DNA of 63,991 nt, filler included, from Malassezia furfur (taxonomy: Eukaryota), in NCBI GenBank assembly GCA_052055015.1. It is 4 parts of 4 records of this genome, joined end to end, with 100 filler letters (N's around TTAATTAATTAA, not from the genome) between each part and the next. Parts side by side here need not be neighbours in the genome. Positions count along the whole stretch, not along the records: positions 1 to 17,140 come from JBQJIT010000233.1; positions 17,241 to 34,371 come from JBQJIT010000234.1; 2 more parts are not named here. One strand, given 5' to 3'. Positions 12,292-23,931 of the stretch are shown here, one piece after another. Position 1 is the first letter of the stretch; every line of letters begins with the position of its first letter. Below the pieces are notes generated by a model. It was not told the DNA's origin. It searched no databases and worked only from the letters and a program-made list of their open reading frames with translations. The position numbers and the translations under genes were made by a program.

Positions 12292-14097
12292 ATGGCGACG
12301 CAGGTGCCGGTCCCCTCGGCGAAGCGCCAGCGGCTTGCCGCGCAGGCGGCCGCGCACGAAGATGAAGCACTCGCAAACAAAGGCCAGCTGAATGCGACCA
12401 TGTCGTCTGTGCTTGTGCAGTTCCAGTCAGGCCAGGATGACACGCCGCTCGGCACGACGTTGAGTCTTCCTGCGAGCGCTGGGCAGGCCGAAATGGGTAA
12501 ACTGGTCAACGAGCTGCACCGTCAGCTGCGGAAACGAGATACAGACGAGGATGAAGATGAGGAAATCCCCTATACCTTCCATGTTCTCCTTGCACCGTCT
12601 CCTGAAGCGCCGACGCAGCCGACACGCATCAACATCACCGACAGCCTGCACGACAGCGTGCTGCAGTCGGCAGTTGCAAAGCGGCTTGGCATCAGCAGCG
12701 AAGACAGTCTAACGGTGGTATTTGAGCCACAGGCAGTGTTCCGTGTGCGCGCCGTTAGCCGATGCTCTAGCACGTTGTCGGGCCACGCGTCACCGATCCT
12801 GTGCTGTGCATTTAGCCCCACCGGCCAACTGCTCGCGACCGGTGCAGGCGACAAGACGTGCCGGCTGTGGGATATGGATACAGAGACGCCGCTACACACA
12901 CTCCAGGGCCACACGGGCTGGGTGCTGTGCGCCGAGTGGGAGCCGCGCGAGCGGCGTCTGGCGACGGGCGGCATGGATGGCCAGGTGTATATCTGGGAGG
13001 CACTTGACATGCGTGCAACGGGCCGGAAGGCGTGGGGCTCCCGCTCCGGCAAGCAGGTCGACGAGGCGCGTGCTGAGCGTGGCGAGACGGGTCGTATGTC
13101 GGTTGCCGAGCGCCGCGCGGCGCGGCATGCGTCGCCGCCAGGGCATTTGCTGCGTGGGCACACCAAATGGATCACGAGCCTGGCATGGGAGCCCGTGCAC
13201 CGCAACGCACGGAACCCGCGCCTCGCCAGCTCGTCCAAGGACGGCACCGTGCGGATTTGGAACGTGGAACGACGGCAGGTCGACTTTGTCCTGGGCGGCC
13301 ACACCGCGAGTGTCAACATGGTACGCTGGGGCGGCGAAGGCGCAATTTATACGGCGTCGTCGGACCGCACGATCAAGGTGTGGAACGACCAGGACGGGCG
13401 GCTGATTCGCTCGCTGAACGACCATGCGCACTGGGTGAATACGCTGGCGATCTCGACCGACTATGTGCTGCGTACGGGTGCATTTGACATGCAAGGCACG
13501 TACCTTGCGGCGATGCGCAAGCGGTACCAGGCGCTTGGCGAGGATGCGTCGGCTGAGACGCTGCGTGCTGCCGACGATGCCGAAGATGTGGCGTGCCAAG
13601 CGGCGGCGCTGGAGCGTCACCGGGAAGCGACCGGCAATGGCGCGCGCCCTGAGCTGGTCGTGAGTGGTTCGGACGACCAGACGCTTTTCCTGTGGCCTGC
13701 GCAGATCGGTGCATCGGCTGCCTCGCCCAAGAAGCCGCTGGCGCGGCTGACGGGCCACCAAAAAACGGTGAACCACGTGTGCTTTTCGCCGGACGGTCGG
13801 CTGATTGCCTCGGCGTCGTTTGATAACAGCGTGAAGCTATGGGATGCGCGGACGGGCAAATTTATTGCGAACCTGCGCGGGCATGTCGCGAGTGTATACC
13901 GCGTGGCGTGGAGCAGCGACAGCCGTATGCTGGCGACCGCGTCGAAGGACTCCACGATTAAGCTATGGAGCCTGAAGACGTACAAGATCAAGCAGGATCT
14001 GCCCGGTCACGACGACGAGGTGTACTGTGTCGACTTCATCGCGGACAAGGTCGCGAGCGGCGGGCGCGACCGCACCGTCAAGATCTGGCGGCATTGA
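12292..14097 (+). CDS. RSA4: Rsa4/Notchless WD40 60S assembly factor
   Basis: NLE domain ending [30 protein letters not shown]40 repeats, and C-terminal [14 protein letters not shown]...[16 protein letters not shown]. Confidence 0.95.
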   Translation: MATQVPVPSAKRQRLAAQAAAHEDEALANKGQLNATMSSVLVQFQSGQDDTPLGTTLSLPASAGQAEMGKLVNELHRQLRKRDTDEDEDEEIPYTFHVLLAPSPEAPTQPTRINITDSLHDSVLQSAVAKRLGISSEDSLTVVFEPQAVFRVRAVSRCSSTLSGHASPILCCAFSPTGQLLATGAGDKTCRLWDMDTETPLHTLQGHTGWVLCAEWEPRERRLATGGMDGQVYIWEALDMRATGRKAWGSRSGKQVDEARAERGETGRMSVAERRAARHASPPGHLLRGHTKWITSLAWEPVHRNARNPRLASSSKDGTVRIWNVERRQVDFVLGGHTASVNMVRWGGEGAIYTASSDRTIKVWNDQDGRLIRSLNDHAHWVNTLAISTDYVLRTGAFDMQGTYLAAMRKRYQALGEDASAETLRAADDAEDVACQAAALERHREATGNGARPELVVSGSDDQTLFLWPAQIGASAASPKKPLARLTGHQKTVNHVCFSPDGRLIASASFDNSVKLWDARTGKFIANLRGHVASVYRVAWSSDSRMLATASKDSTIKLWSLKTYKIKQDLPGHDDEVYCVDFIADKVASGGRDRTVKIWRH

Positions 14098-14167
14098 GAG
14101 GCGTAGCAGCAGAAGAGGCCTATGGCATATTTGGCAAAGGCGGCGTAGGGATATGCGCGCCGGATCA

Positions 14168-14785
14168 TTACAGCCCCAGCTGCTGCTGCACCATGTCGCG
14201 GATGTGCTTTTCGTAAGCCGCGTAGTTATCGCGGTAGAGTTTCTGGGTGAGCGTGGGCGCAGACGTACGCAGGCGTCGATGTTCGCGCCGCTTTCGACGT
14301 TGGGCTCGGCGAGCATGCTGAGCACCGACAGGAGGATCTTTTCGATGGACTGCACCGGGGACCAGCGCTCAGCAGACGACTCATACACTGGGTCAGCGTG
14401 GTGCCACGTACTGTTGGGGTCGTCGCCGGCGGCGTGCAGGATGGAGATGCACACGAGGCCGTCGGGGTACACTGGGTGAGCGCGGGGTGTGCGTACCGTT
14501 CGGGTGGAAGATGGGCGGGTCGAAGCGCATCGTCGGGGGCTCGAGCGGGTACGTCGGAGCTGGGTGAGCGCGCTAGAGCAACGTACGGAACGAGAGCCGT
14601 GCGCTAAATACGCCGCCCTCGAACGGGGTATCGTCGGGCCCCGGGAGGAGCGCCTCCCACTCGAGATAGTTGTCCTCCGAGATCGGCCCGACCGCCGGGA
14701 AGAGCGTGTTGGGGTCGCTCGTAAGCTGCTTGTACTCGATCATGAGCCGCCGCACAGCCGCCGAGGCGTTGCGTGCACCTGCCAT
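14168..14785 (-). CDS. UBC7: Ubiquitin-conjugating enzyme Ubc7/UBE2G; introns 14560-14586, 14472-14496, 14388-14411, 14243-14268
   Basis: [63 protein letters not shown]. Confidence 0.95.
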
Positions 14786-14833
14786 GGTGGAAGAAACCAA
14801 CACCTGCGCTTCACGTGACGGGTTCGCTTCCGT

Positions 14834-17140
14834 ATGCGCTGCCGCCCCGCCGAGGCGTGGGTCGAGGCGCTCGCGGCGGGCGCCGCGAGCGAAGGGTACG
14901 TGTGAAGCTGACGCAGCCCGATCGCCTGGTCGCGACACAACCTCGTCGCGCATGCCGAAGTCGATGCACAGGGCGCGTGCGTGTGCCTCCGCCGCGCCGC
15001 GCACCTGTCCCATGCGCCCGTTGCGAAGCTGTATGCGCCCGCCCATCCGGCGGGCGGCTCGCTCGCACGCCCCACATACGTCTCGTTCAGCCCGTGCGGA
15101 TATACCCTGCTTGCCTACTTCCCGCCGGGCGCGCCGCCACTGCGCAGCGCGACGCTCTTTGCGCCGTACACGGGCCTCTCCACGGCTCTTGCGACGCCGA
15201 TCGGACTCGAAGCGGGCACGTCGCCGATGCCGTATGCGGGGACTCCCGCGGGCGCTGCCGCCGGCGCCGCATGGCAGAGCGATCAGGGCATGGTGTGCAT
15301 CTGGACACGCACCGGCGGCGACGCCTGGACGCTGCGACAGACGGTGCCGGTGTGCGACGCGGCAAGTGCGCCGACGACGCACGCCTTCCACGGCCACATT
15401 GTGGACGTGTGCTGGCTCGGTGCGCCGCGGGCTTGGTCGCTAAATGCACCGCTCGATGCGGCGCACGCACAGCCCGTACGCATGCCCGCGTGTGGCCCTG
15501 CAGCGCTGCTCGCCTTGCCGAGTCTGCCACTCGACCAGGCGCAGGAAGAACTGGCGCTTGTGGCGTGCACGAGCACCGCGCAGGTGAGCGTGCTGCACCG
15601 CCTGCCTGGCCGCGCGGCCGCCAGTGCGCCGTTCCGTGTGCACCACGGCTGGCTCACGCAGCCGAGTGTGTTGCCGCCGCCGCCGACGCTCGAGCACAGC
15701 AGCACAGAGCGCTGCGACGCATGGATGCGGCGCGTGACGCATCTGCGCGCATGTGCGGTGCCCGAGTCGGCTACCGTGCTCGTTGCGTATGCGACCGACG
15801 GCGCGTCGGGCGCGCCGGCCATCGTGCATCTCACCGAGCTCCAGCTTGAGCTCGACGGCGAGATGTCGTTCCTTACCGTGCAACCGCTGGCGGGCGTCCC
15901 TACATCCACTGCGGAACTGTGTGTAGGTGCTCCGCAGCCCAGCGACGGCCGCCTCACGCACCTCGCGTGGGTGCAGCGCGCCGCGTCGCTCGAGCTGTGG
16001 CTCGCGCTGGACGGCGCAGCGCACGACGACGCATCCAGCGGGACACAGCTTGTGGCGTGGGCCGTGCATCGCCCCGCGGATGCGGCCGACGACGACGTGC
16101 ATGCGCCGCGCACCCCGTCGCTCGTCCCGCGCGCGCAGGCATGGCTTGTGGCGTACCGCGTCACGTCTCTTGTCCCGCACGTGCTCGGCGTCTACGCAGC
16201 GGCGGCGCACGGTGACGAGGAGGTGTGGGCGACCATTGCGCCCGAAAACTTGGCGCTCATGCCCCTGGGCACGTATCTTCCGCGCACGGCGCTCCGGCGC
16301 TCGCCGTTCGCCGTGTCGCCGAGCGGCGCCGTCGCGTGTGCGATGCTGGAGCCGAGCGGCGCGGTGGCCTGCCTGCCGCTGCCGCTGCCGCACACGCCGT
16401 TCGAGACGTGCGCGGGGCGTCTCGTGGCGCTCGCCGCGCTGCGCCACGCGAGCTGCACGGACGTCGCCGTGTGGGCGCGGCCGTTCGGCGCGCTCCCCGA
16501 CGCGCTGCCGCGCATCCTCCACGTAGCCGCCGACACGCTGCAGCTCGGCGACGCGCCCACGCTGTCGCAGCTGCTCGTGCTGTGCACGTGCACCGTGGCG
16601 CTCGACCTGCCGCGCGATGCGCCCGTCCGCCGCCGCGCGTCGCTGCTCCTGGAGCTCGCGGCGCTGCACCGCCAGCTTGTGCGGGCACGCATGGATGCAA
16701 GTACGGCGCCGTTTGCGGCGCGCCTCGCGAGCGGCGCACAGGTCGCGTTCGCGCCGGCACACGCATGGGTGCTCGTCGAGGGCCTGCGGCAGATGCTCGG
16801 CCTGCTCGCCGGCGCTGCGCGGCACGCGGCGGCCGACGCGGACGCCGGTGCGCCGTGCGACGCGCTGCTTGAGCTGCTCGCGTTCCGTGCGCCGGTGCGG
16901 CTCGTAGCCGACGTGCTGGCGGGGTATGCGCTGTTTGCCGAGCACATGGAGCGTGTGCCGCTGCGCACCTTTGCGCCGCCGCTCCTCGACACACAGCAGC
17001 TGCCCGCGAGCGCCGCACGCGCCGCCGACAGCTGGCGCGCCGTGCAGAGCACCGTACAGGCCGCGGTCACGCACGCGCCGCTCGACGTGCGCGCGGCCGC
17101 GGCGGCACTGGGGGCGCACACCCCGCCGCCTGCGCCATGG
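14834..17140 (+). CDS. MED16: Probable Mediator subunit Med16/Sin4, truncated by the gap; intron 14896-14916
   Basis: After removing a 21-nt stop-containing intron, the N-terminus reads PIAWSRHNLVA, with VSFSPCG and FAVSPSG propeller-like motifs. Highly divergent, so the assignment is tentative. Confidence 0.55.
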
Positions 17141-17240
17141 NNNNNNNNNNNNNNNNNNNNNNNNNNNNNNNNNNNNNNNNNNNNTTAATTAATTAANNNN
17201 NNNNNNNNNNNNNNNNNNNNNNNNNNNNNNNNNNNNNNNN
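17141..17240. other. Assembly gap with artificial six-frame stop linker
   Basis: 44 N + TTAATTAATTAA + 44 N. Confidence 0.95.
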
Positions 17241-17242
17241 AC

Positions 17243-18679
17243 TTTGACCTGGTCGAGTGGGAGAACCAGGACAGCTTTTATGACGCAGGCGAGCAACAGT
17301 CAGCGATCGACCGCTTTGCTGCGTTCCTGCATCACGCCCAGCGCTACCCCGCGCTGCAGCTCGCACCGCGGCATGCGCCGCGCCTCCCACCCAAGCGCCG
17401 CAAGATTGTGCTCGTCGAGGATCTGCCCAACCTTACGCACGAGGCGACGCGCGCCCAATTCCACCAGGTGCTCGAACACGCCCTTGCCACCCCCTCGACG
17501 CACGTTCCCATCGTGCTCATCGTGTCTGACAGCGTACCGCGCGCTGAAGATGACGCAGCGGCCGTGGTCGGTGCGGCGTCTTCCTGGCGCGCCCGGCGCG
17601 AAGCGCAGATGGACGTGCGCGCCGTGGTACCAGAGAGCGTGCGCACGCATGCCGCGTTTGCCGAGATCCGCTTCAATCCCCTTACGCCGCGCATGATCCA
17701 GTCGGCGCTCCATACGCGCGCGGCCCAGCTCGATGTGCCGCGCGGATTGCTCACCGAGATCAGCCAGGCTTCGGCGGGCGACCTGCGCGGCGCCGAGACA
17801 ACCTTGGCGCTGCTAGCGGCGGGCCGCTTGCGTGCGGGCACGAAACGTAAGGCGCCCACGACCGCGGACCTGGCGGTCACACCACGAGCGTCGGCCATGG
17901 TGCTATTCCATGCGCTCGGGCGCATTCTGTACAATAAACGCGCGGGCGATCCAGGACTCGATGCCGACGCCGGCCGCGCCCAAGCGGCTCCGCCGGCAGC
18001 GGCGTGGCATGTGTCGCGCCGCGCGAGTCTTGTGGACGTTGAAGAGCTGTGGCGTGATCTGCCCGTGGATCCGTCGACATTCCAGCTCTACCTGTGCCAC
18101 AACTTCCCCTCTTTTACGAACGAAATTGACGAGGCGATGCACGTCGCCGATGCGCTCAGCGCTGCCGAAGCCTTCCCCGTGCGGAGCGAGGATGCACGTA
18201 CGAGTGCGGCGGCGGCACTCTACGGATTCCAGGTGGCGACGCGGGGTACGCTGCTGTCGCTTCCTTCGCCCGTACCGCGTCGGGGGCAGAGCATGTCGAA
18301 GCCCGCATTCTACGATATGGCGCAGCGGGCACAGCAGTGCTCGGACACGCTGGCAGAAATGCGCACAATACTCCTGCAATCTTCGGCGCTACACGAGCTA
18401 GAGGACCGAGCCGCCGACGTGCCGCTCACCGCAATGGCGACCGAATTTGTGCCGCTGTTCGCCCGTATCGACCCTGCGTGGCAGCGCTGGCTACCGCCTT
18501 TGGTCGAGCAGCCTGTGCTCTCTGAATCGCACGCGGATGACCTCGACGTCGCCTCCGAGGCGAATCCATCTTATGCTGCGCGCCCCAGCGCCGCAGCACC
18601 GTCGCCGCGCACGGCCATCAGCGCACCCCGGTCTTCCCCGCCGCCCGATCTGTCCGATAGTGAATTGGAGGAATTGTAG
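17243..18679 (+). CDS. RAD24: Checkpoint clamp loader Rad24/Rad17, 5' partial
   Basis: LVEWEN, KIVLVEDLPN, PIVLIVSD, IRFNP, GDLR and LFHALGRILYNKR motifs. Confidence 0.88.
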   Translation, partial: FDLVEWENQDSFYDAGEQQSAIDRFAAFLHHAQRYPALQLAPRHAPRLPPKRRKIVLVEDLPNLTHEATRAQFHQVLEHALATPSTHVPIVLIVSDSVPRAEDDAAAVVGAASSWRARREAQMDVRAVVPESVRTHAAFAEIRFNPLTPRMIQSALHTRAAQLDVPRGLLTEISQASAGDLRGAETTLALLAAGRLRAGTKRKAPTTADLAVTPRASAMVLFHALGRILYNKRAGDPGLDADAGRAQAAPPAAAWHVSRRASLVDVEELWRDLPVDPSTFQLYLCHNFPSFTNEIDEAMHVADALSAAEAFPVRSEDARTSAAAALYGFQVATRGTLLSLPSPVPRRGQSMSKPAFYDMAQRAQQCSDTLAEMRTILLQSSALHELEDRAADVPLTAMATEFVPLFARIDPAWQRWLPPLVEQPVLSESHADDLDVASEANPSYAARPSAAAPSPRTAISAPRSSPPPDLSDSELEEL

Positions 18680-18893
18680 CGCGCGTTGCGCGTGTCTCCA
18701 CACGATTGAAACAGCCAAGCGCACCCTGGTTTTGGTTTCGGCCAATGCAGCACGTGTTTTTTTGCGGCAGAGGGTCGGACCGATTGGTTGCCGGGTGCAT
18801 GGCCGGCGCTTCGGAAGGTGCGTGCGGAGCAGAGCAACCTCCGCAAAAGCGACCCTATCTTCTTCTCTCCAGACCTTCCCTCCCTTGCACAGG

Positions 18894-21014
18894 ATGTTCC
18901 GTCCCACCCTCCGGACCCTGTCGCAGGCGCAATCACATGCGTCTGCGGCCTCCAGCTATGCCCCGCGTGGATCGCGCGGGCGCGTTGCTGTGCTGGTTGC
19001 TGCTGCCTTCGCCGGCGCTGCCGGTACGCTGGCGCTGCTGCGTCGCGAGGAAGAGGACCCTGTGTCGCACGATGTGCGCCCGAGCATGCATTGGTCGCCG
19101 CCCACGCGTGCGCAGATGATCGAGGCGCTGAAGGCGTCTACGCCTGCGGGCCTGCGTCACGACGGCAGTTTGGAGCAGACGCGCTCGCTGCTCGTTCCGG
19201 AGCACCAGGCGGTGGGCAGCAGCCCGATCCCCGAGGTGGAGCACGCGTACAGCGACCCGCCCAAGGAGGATGAGGGCTATGACCTGCTTATTATCGGTGG
19301 CGGTGCGACGGGCGCTGGCTGCGCCGTCGATGCCGTCACGCGTGGCCTCAAGGTCGCGGTGGTGGAGCGCGACGATTTCGGCGCGGGCACCTCGTCCAAG
19401 TCGACCAAGCTCGTGCACGGTGGTGTGCGCTACCTGCAGAAAGCAATCATGCAGCTGGACTGGGAACAGTACAAGATGGTGCGCGAGGCGCTGCACGAGC
19501 GCAAGACGTTCCTGCACATCGCGCCCTACCTGTCGCACCCGCTGCCGATTATGATCCCCGTGTACTCCTGGTGGAAGCTGCCCTACTACTTTGCGGGCAC
19601 CAAGATGTACGATCTGATTGCCGGTGGTGAGAACATGAGCGGCTCCTACATTGTTGGCCGCGAAAAGGCGCTCGAGCTGTTCCCCATGCTGCGCACCCAC
19701 AAGCTCGCGGGCGGTGTGGTCTACTACGACGGCCAGCAGAATGACACGCGCATGAACATTGCGCTGATCCTCAGCGCCGTCCAGCACGGTGCCGCGGCCG
19801 CGAACCACTGCGAGGTGGTGCAGCTGAACAAGGCCCCCGACGCACAAGGCAAGGAAAAGGTCGTCGGTGCGCGCGTCCGCGACCTGTTCACCAACGAGGA
19901 GTTTGATGTGAAGGCCAAGGGTGTCATCAACGCGACGGGCCCCTTCTGCGACAGCGTCCGCAAGATGGACGAGCCGACAGCGCAGGAGATTGTCGCACCC
20001 TCGTCGGGTGTGCACATCACCTTCCCTGGCTTCTTTAGCCCGCGCAACATGGGGCTGCTGGACCCCGCGACGAGCGATGGCCGCGTCATCTTCTTCCTTC
20101 CGTGGGAAGGCGCAACGATTGCCGGCACCACCGACACCGCCGCCAAGGTGGAGGCCAACCCGGTGCCGGGCGAGCAGGAGATCGAGTGGATTTTGGACGA
20201 GGTGCGCAACTACCTCAACACGGACGTTACCGTGAAGCGCTCCGATGTGCTGAGTGCGTGGAGCGGTCTGCGCCCGCTCGTCAAGGACCCCAAGGCAAAG
20301 GACACGCAGAGCTTGGTGCGCAACCACCTGATCGACGTTTCCGAGAGCGGCCTGTTGACCATCTCGGGCGGCAAGTGGACCACGTACCGCGAAATGGCCG
20401 AAGAGACAATCGACCGTGCCATTAAGGAGTATGGTCTCTCCCCCCTGCGTGGGTGTGTGACGAGGCAGGTGCGCCTGATCGGCGCCCACGACTGGTCGCC
20501 GACCATGTACGTGCGTCTGCTCCAAGAGTTCGGCCTGGAAATGGAAGTCGCGCAGCACCTCTCGAACTCGTACGGCGACCGCGCGTGGAGCGTGTGCTCG
20601 GTGGCGAACCCGACGGGCAAGCGCTTCCCGCTGAACGGCATCCGCCTCAACGCCCAGCTCCCGTACATCGAGGCCGAGGTGCGCTACGCTGCGCGCATGG
20701 AGTACGCGGCCAAGGCCGTCGACTTTATCGCGCGCCGCGCACGCATGGCATTCCTCGACACTGAGGCCACGATCGAGTCGCTCCCCCGCGTGATCGACAT
20801 CATGGGCGAGGAGCTCGACTGGTCCGAGACGCGCCGCCAGGCCGAGTTTGAGGAGAGCATCACCTTCCTTGCCAGCATGGGCGTCGATCCGCTGCGTGTG
20901 ACGCAGCTGGCCAAGACCCCGCTCGTCGAGGCCCGCCGCTGGAACGAGACCAACTCGCCGCGCCAGATCACCGTCTCGCCGGTGCCGCTCCAGCCGGGTC
21001 CGCTCCGCACATAG
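18894..21014 (+). CDS. GUT2: Mitochondrial FAD-dependent glycerol-3-phosphate dehydrogenase
   Basis: Presequence plus TM segment, DLLIIGGGATGAG, GTSSKSTKLVHGGVRYL and GGKWTTYREMAE. Confidence 0.96.
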   Translation: MFRPTLRTLSQAQSHASAASSYAPRGSRGRVAVLVAAAFAGAAGTLALLRREEEDPVSHDVRPSMHWSPPTRAQMIEALKASTPAGLRHDGSLEQTRSLLVPEHQAVGSSPIPEVEHAYSDPPKEDEGYDLLIIGGGATGAGCAVDAVTRGLKVAVVERDDFGAGTSSKSTKLVHGGVRYLQKAIMQLDWEQYKMVREALHERKTFLHIAPYLSHPLPIMIPVYSWWKLPYYFAGTKMYDLIAGGENMSGSYIVGREKALELFPMLRTHKLAGGVVYYDGQQNDTRMNIALILSAVQHGAAAANHCEVVQLNKAPDAQGKEKVVGARVRDLFTNEEFDVKAKGVINATGPFCDSVRKMDEPTAQEIVAPSSGVHITFPGFFSPRNMGLLDPATSDGRVIFFLPWEGATIAGTTDTAAKVEANPVPGEQEIEWILDEVRNYLNTDVTVKRSDVLSAWSGLRPLVKDPKAKDTQSLVRNHLIDVSESGLLTISGGKWTTYREMAEETIDRAIKEYGLSPLRGCVTRQVRLIGAHDWSPTMYVRLLQEFGLEMEVAQHLSNSYGDRAWSVCSVANPTGKRFPLNGIRLNAQLPYIEAEVRYAARMEYAAKAVDFIARRARMAFLDTEATIESLPRVIDIMGEELDWSETRRQAEFEESITFLASMGVDPLRVTQLAKTPLVEARRWNETNSPRQITVSPVPLQPGPLRT

Positions 21015-21029
21015 TATGTACAGGTTGCA

Positions 21030-21705
21030 TTATGCACTACGGTTAGGGGGAGACGAGGTGCGGCGCGACATGGGCGACACGCTTCGATATCGCGACGGGC
21101 GCGGCGAGCGCGACGCGTGTGGCGGGCGTCCGCCACCGTCCGCGCGGCCGTGCCGCGTGCACGTACGTAGCTTGACCGCGCACGCAGCGCACAAGACGAG
21201 CTGGAGACGTAAGTGGGCAACGCGTACCTTGACAAGTGCCTGTTTCCGCACGGGCGCGCCCTCCTGCCCGGGCTCCTCGTATGCAAACGGCACCTCGTAT
21301 GTCTCGAGCTTGGTGCGGATCGTCGGCTCAGCGTGCCATTCACACCGCTGGTTTGCACACGTGAACTGACCGATCCCGTCGACTACCTCGTCCTCGGTCC
21401 GCCAGCGGAGCGCAATGCCGCGCGTGCGGTAATGCTTGAGGTTGGCAATGGCAAACTGCGTGAGACATGAGACGCACCTCTTTGTACAGCGAATCGTAGT
21501 ACTTGCGCGCGACCTGCGCCTCGTACGAAGCGTCAGGCCGTTCGCGATCGTCGCGCAGAAACCGGTGGTGTCGACGCAGTACATCCATCTCAGTCGCCTT
21601 GTTTCCCCCACTGTGAGGAGCCTGCGTAGTGCCCAGCGCCGCTCGGTGCGCGAGGTGCGTCGCGTACGCCGCGTCGGTCGCCGCGGCGCGCCGCTCGGAC
21701 GACAT
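21030..21705 (-). CDS. FRA10AC1-family spliceosome-associated protein; introns 21456-21477, 21201-21227
   Basis: DVLRRHHRFLR...ARKYYDSLYKE|FAIANLKHYR...IALRWRTEDEV..GIGQFTCAN...YEVPFAYEE...ALVK|LVLC. Confidence 0.88.
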
Positions 21706-21738
21706 GGGCTAGGAGGGACCTCCACATACTATGCTACA

Positions 21739-22667
21739 CTACGGCGCCGACAGCTGGCTGCGCTTCTTGGCCGTGTTCATGTACGGGCGCAGTACCCATT
21801 CGACGTCGGCCTCGGCCTGCTCGAGCGTCCCGAGACGGATCTCGTAGGGACGCATGTCGAAGCGCGGGCCGACCTCGGCGAGGTGCACGTCGCGGTGTGT
21901 CGCCACAAAGACGTGATGCCTGGGCGGTTAGCGAAATGCAACGTACCGAAACGAGATAAAGTCATTCTGGTTCGCAAAGGTCATGACACGCTTCGAGTCT
22001 TCCTTGGGCACGGGGAACAGGAAACGCAGCACATTCTTCACGCGCTCGCCCAGCCGCCCGCCGAAGCCCTCAAAGATTAGGTGCGGGTATTGCTCGCTCA
22101 CCGTGCTGTTACTGTGGCTCGCCACCTCGTGACGCAGTGTGACGTTGTGCAGCGTAAACAGCACTGTCGGGCCGTGCGGGAAGTGCGACACAATCAGCGC
22201 GTCTGGTACACCGCGGTGCTCGTGCACGACCACCATATCGGTCATGCCGTTCGCCCGCGCCGCCTTGGCGAGCTCGGGCATGGTATATCCACCGCGATTA
22301 ACGCGCGTCGAGTTGGGGATGAGCAGACGCATCTCCTTGGCGAACTGCGACAGGCGCGACGAGGGGCTGCGTGACGTCGTAATGAGCACGCGTGGGTCGT
22401 ACTGTCCAGCACGCGCATACTCGTCATCGATCGACGTCGAGGGCTCTGCCTGCGCCTCGTCGAGAGTCAGATTCTTGGCGAGCTCCTGCGCCTCGGGGCC
22501 GCGGAGTTCGGGGGGGAGCGGCTTGCCGCTCGCGAGCGCCTCGCGGATTTTCTGTTTCCGGTCATATATCTGGCGCTGCTTGGACTCGAGCGCCTTCTTG
22601 TACACATACTCGCGGCGTTCGCGCGCCTGACGACGGAGCTGCGTTAGCCAAACGGGGCACGCACCAT
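21739..22667 (-). CDS. IMP4: U3 snoRNP Brix-domain protein Imp4; introns 22639-22664, 21920-21946
   Basis: M|LRRQARERREY, DDEYA, VLITTSRSPS, HEHRGVPD, ISFR|HHVF and LAEVGPRF motifs. Confidence 0.95.
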
Positions 22668-22723
22668 GCTGGCAAGGCGTTGAGCCGCAAAATTTCGTGG
22701 CACGTGACCTCACCCCTTCCTCC

Positions 22724-23176
22724 ATGTTTGCTTCGGTGGTGCGTTGGTCGCGCACGACGTACCGCGGCGCGCGCGGTTCCGGCCCGGGTCGGTCGGGCAA
22801 GACAGACGCGCGGTCGTCGCCGGCGTCGAGGCCCACGGAAGTCGTCGCAGCGCACGCCGGCCGCACGTTCAAGCGTGCGCAGCGCGGGCTGTACGACGGC
22901 AAGATTCTCCAGTTCGGCAACAGCATCCCCAACTCGCGCCACAAGACCGCGCGGCGGTGGGCACCGAATGTTCAGGCCAAGTCGCTATGGAGCGAGACGA
23001 TGCAGACCTGGATCCGGTCACGCATCGCAACGTCGGCCCTGCGCTCCATCAAGAAGCACGGCGGACTCGACCAGTACCTCGCGAATACCAAAGACACGCA
23101 CCTCGGCGAGTTTGGCCGGAATTTGCGCGACCGGCTCGCGCGCACGCTGCGGGAGCGGCGACTGAATGAGTCCTAG
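22724..23176 (+). CDS. MRPL24: Mitochondrial ribosomal protein bL28m
   Basis: FKRAQRGLYDGKILQFGNSIP..RHKTARRWAPNVQAKSLWSE...LRSIKKHGGLDQYL. Confidence 0.85.
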   Translation: MFASVVRWSRTTYRGARGSGPGRSGKTDARSSPASRPTEVVAAHAGRTFKRAQRGLYDGKILQFGNSIPNSRHKTARRWAPNVQAKSLWSETMQTWIRSRIATSALRSIKKHGGLDQYLANTKDTHLGEFGRNLRDRLARTLRERRLNES

Positions 23177-23184
23177 ATGGCTCA

Positions 23185-23844
23185 CTATGGCTTCGCACGG
23201 CGCCCGCTTTTCGTGAGGCTCCGCATCTGCTTCTCCTTTTTGACGCGCTCGCGATGCTGCTTGTCCAAGCGAGCGACGCGCTGCTTCTGTTCGGGCGAGG
23301 TTTCGCCGCGAAGCCCTTCGGAGGCGACGCGCAGGATCTCGGCATGGAGCTGAGGTGAGCGGAGCCGGACGTACCTTGCCGAGGGCATCTTGGACGTTGT
23401 GCGACTGCGAGCGGTGCCGCTCACTCGCAACATGGAGTGCGTGCGCAGACTGGATATAGAGCGGCTGTATGAGCCATATATGCGAGCCAACGTACCGAGC
23501 GCTTGGCGAGGTCGCGCACGAGCGGCTGTGGGAGCGCGCGGTTTTGTAGATCGTAGCGCGCGTGCACCTTGGTGTTGACTGGAAGTGAGCGTGATGGGGT
23601 ACGAACGCTTGTTCACATTCTGTCCGCCAGGCCCCGAGCTGCGCGCAAACGAGATGTGGACGTCGCGCGCGGTGAGCGGCTGGGCGCGGAACGCGTCGAC
23701 CCACGAGCGGCGCTCAGCGTCGTCCCAAGTGTGGGTGGCGCGTACCAGCGGCCCGAGTGCGTGCACTGGTTTGCGCTGCGCCGCGAACGGCGCGCTAAAC
23801 ACCGCGAGCACCGCGCGGGGGAGCGCCGAGCGTGCGGCGAGCAT
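23185..23844 (-). CDS. PTH4: Mitochondrial peptidyl-tRNA hydrolase Pth4/ICT1; introns 23579-23606, 23465-23495, 23350-23374
   Basis: ISFARSSGPGGQNVNK|LNTK, SERHRSQSHNVQDALGK|L, and a basic tail KKEKQMRSLTKSGRR. Confidence 0.85.
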   Translation of the reverse strand: MLAARSALPRAVLAVFSAPFAAQRKPVHALGPLVRATHTWDDAERRSWVDAFRAQPLTARDVHISFARSSGPGGQNVNKRSYPITLTSSQHQGARALRSTKPRAPTAARARPRQALGTLARIYGSYSRSISSLRTHSMLRVSGTARSRTTSKMPSARYVRLRSPQLHAEILRVASEGLRGETSPEQKQRVARLDKQHRERVKKEKQMRSLTKSGRRAKP

Positions 23845-23931
23845 GGGCGATTTGAGCAAATATTTCTGACCAAGCAGCACGCTGGGACCACGGAACGGGC
23901 CGCACCGTCTCTCTGTTCCGACGTTGCGAGG

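Noticed and set aside
17185..17196. TTAATTAATTAA palindrome, repeated at 34416-34427 and 51606-51617
   Set aside because: It sits exactly in the middle of identical 100-nt N spacers and gives stops in all six frames. It is an assembly linker, not biology, and gene adjacency across these joins is unverified.
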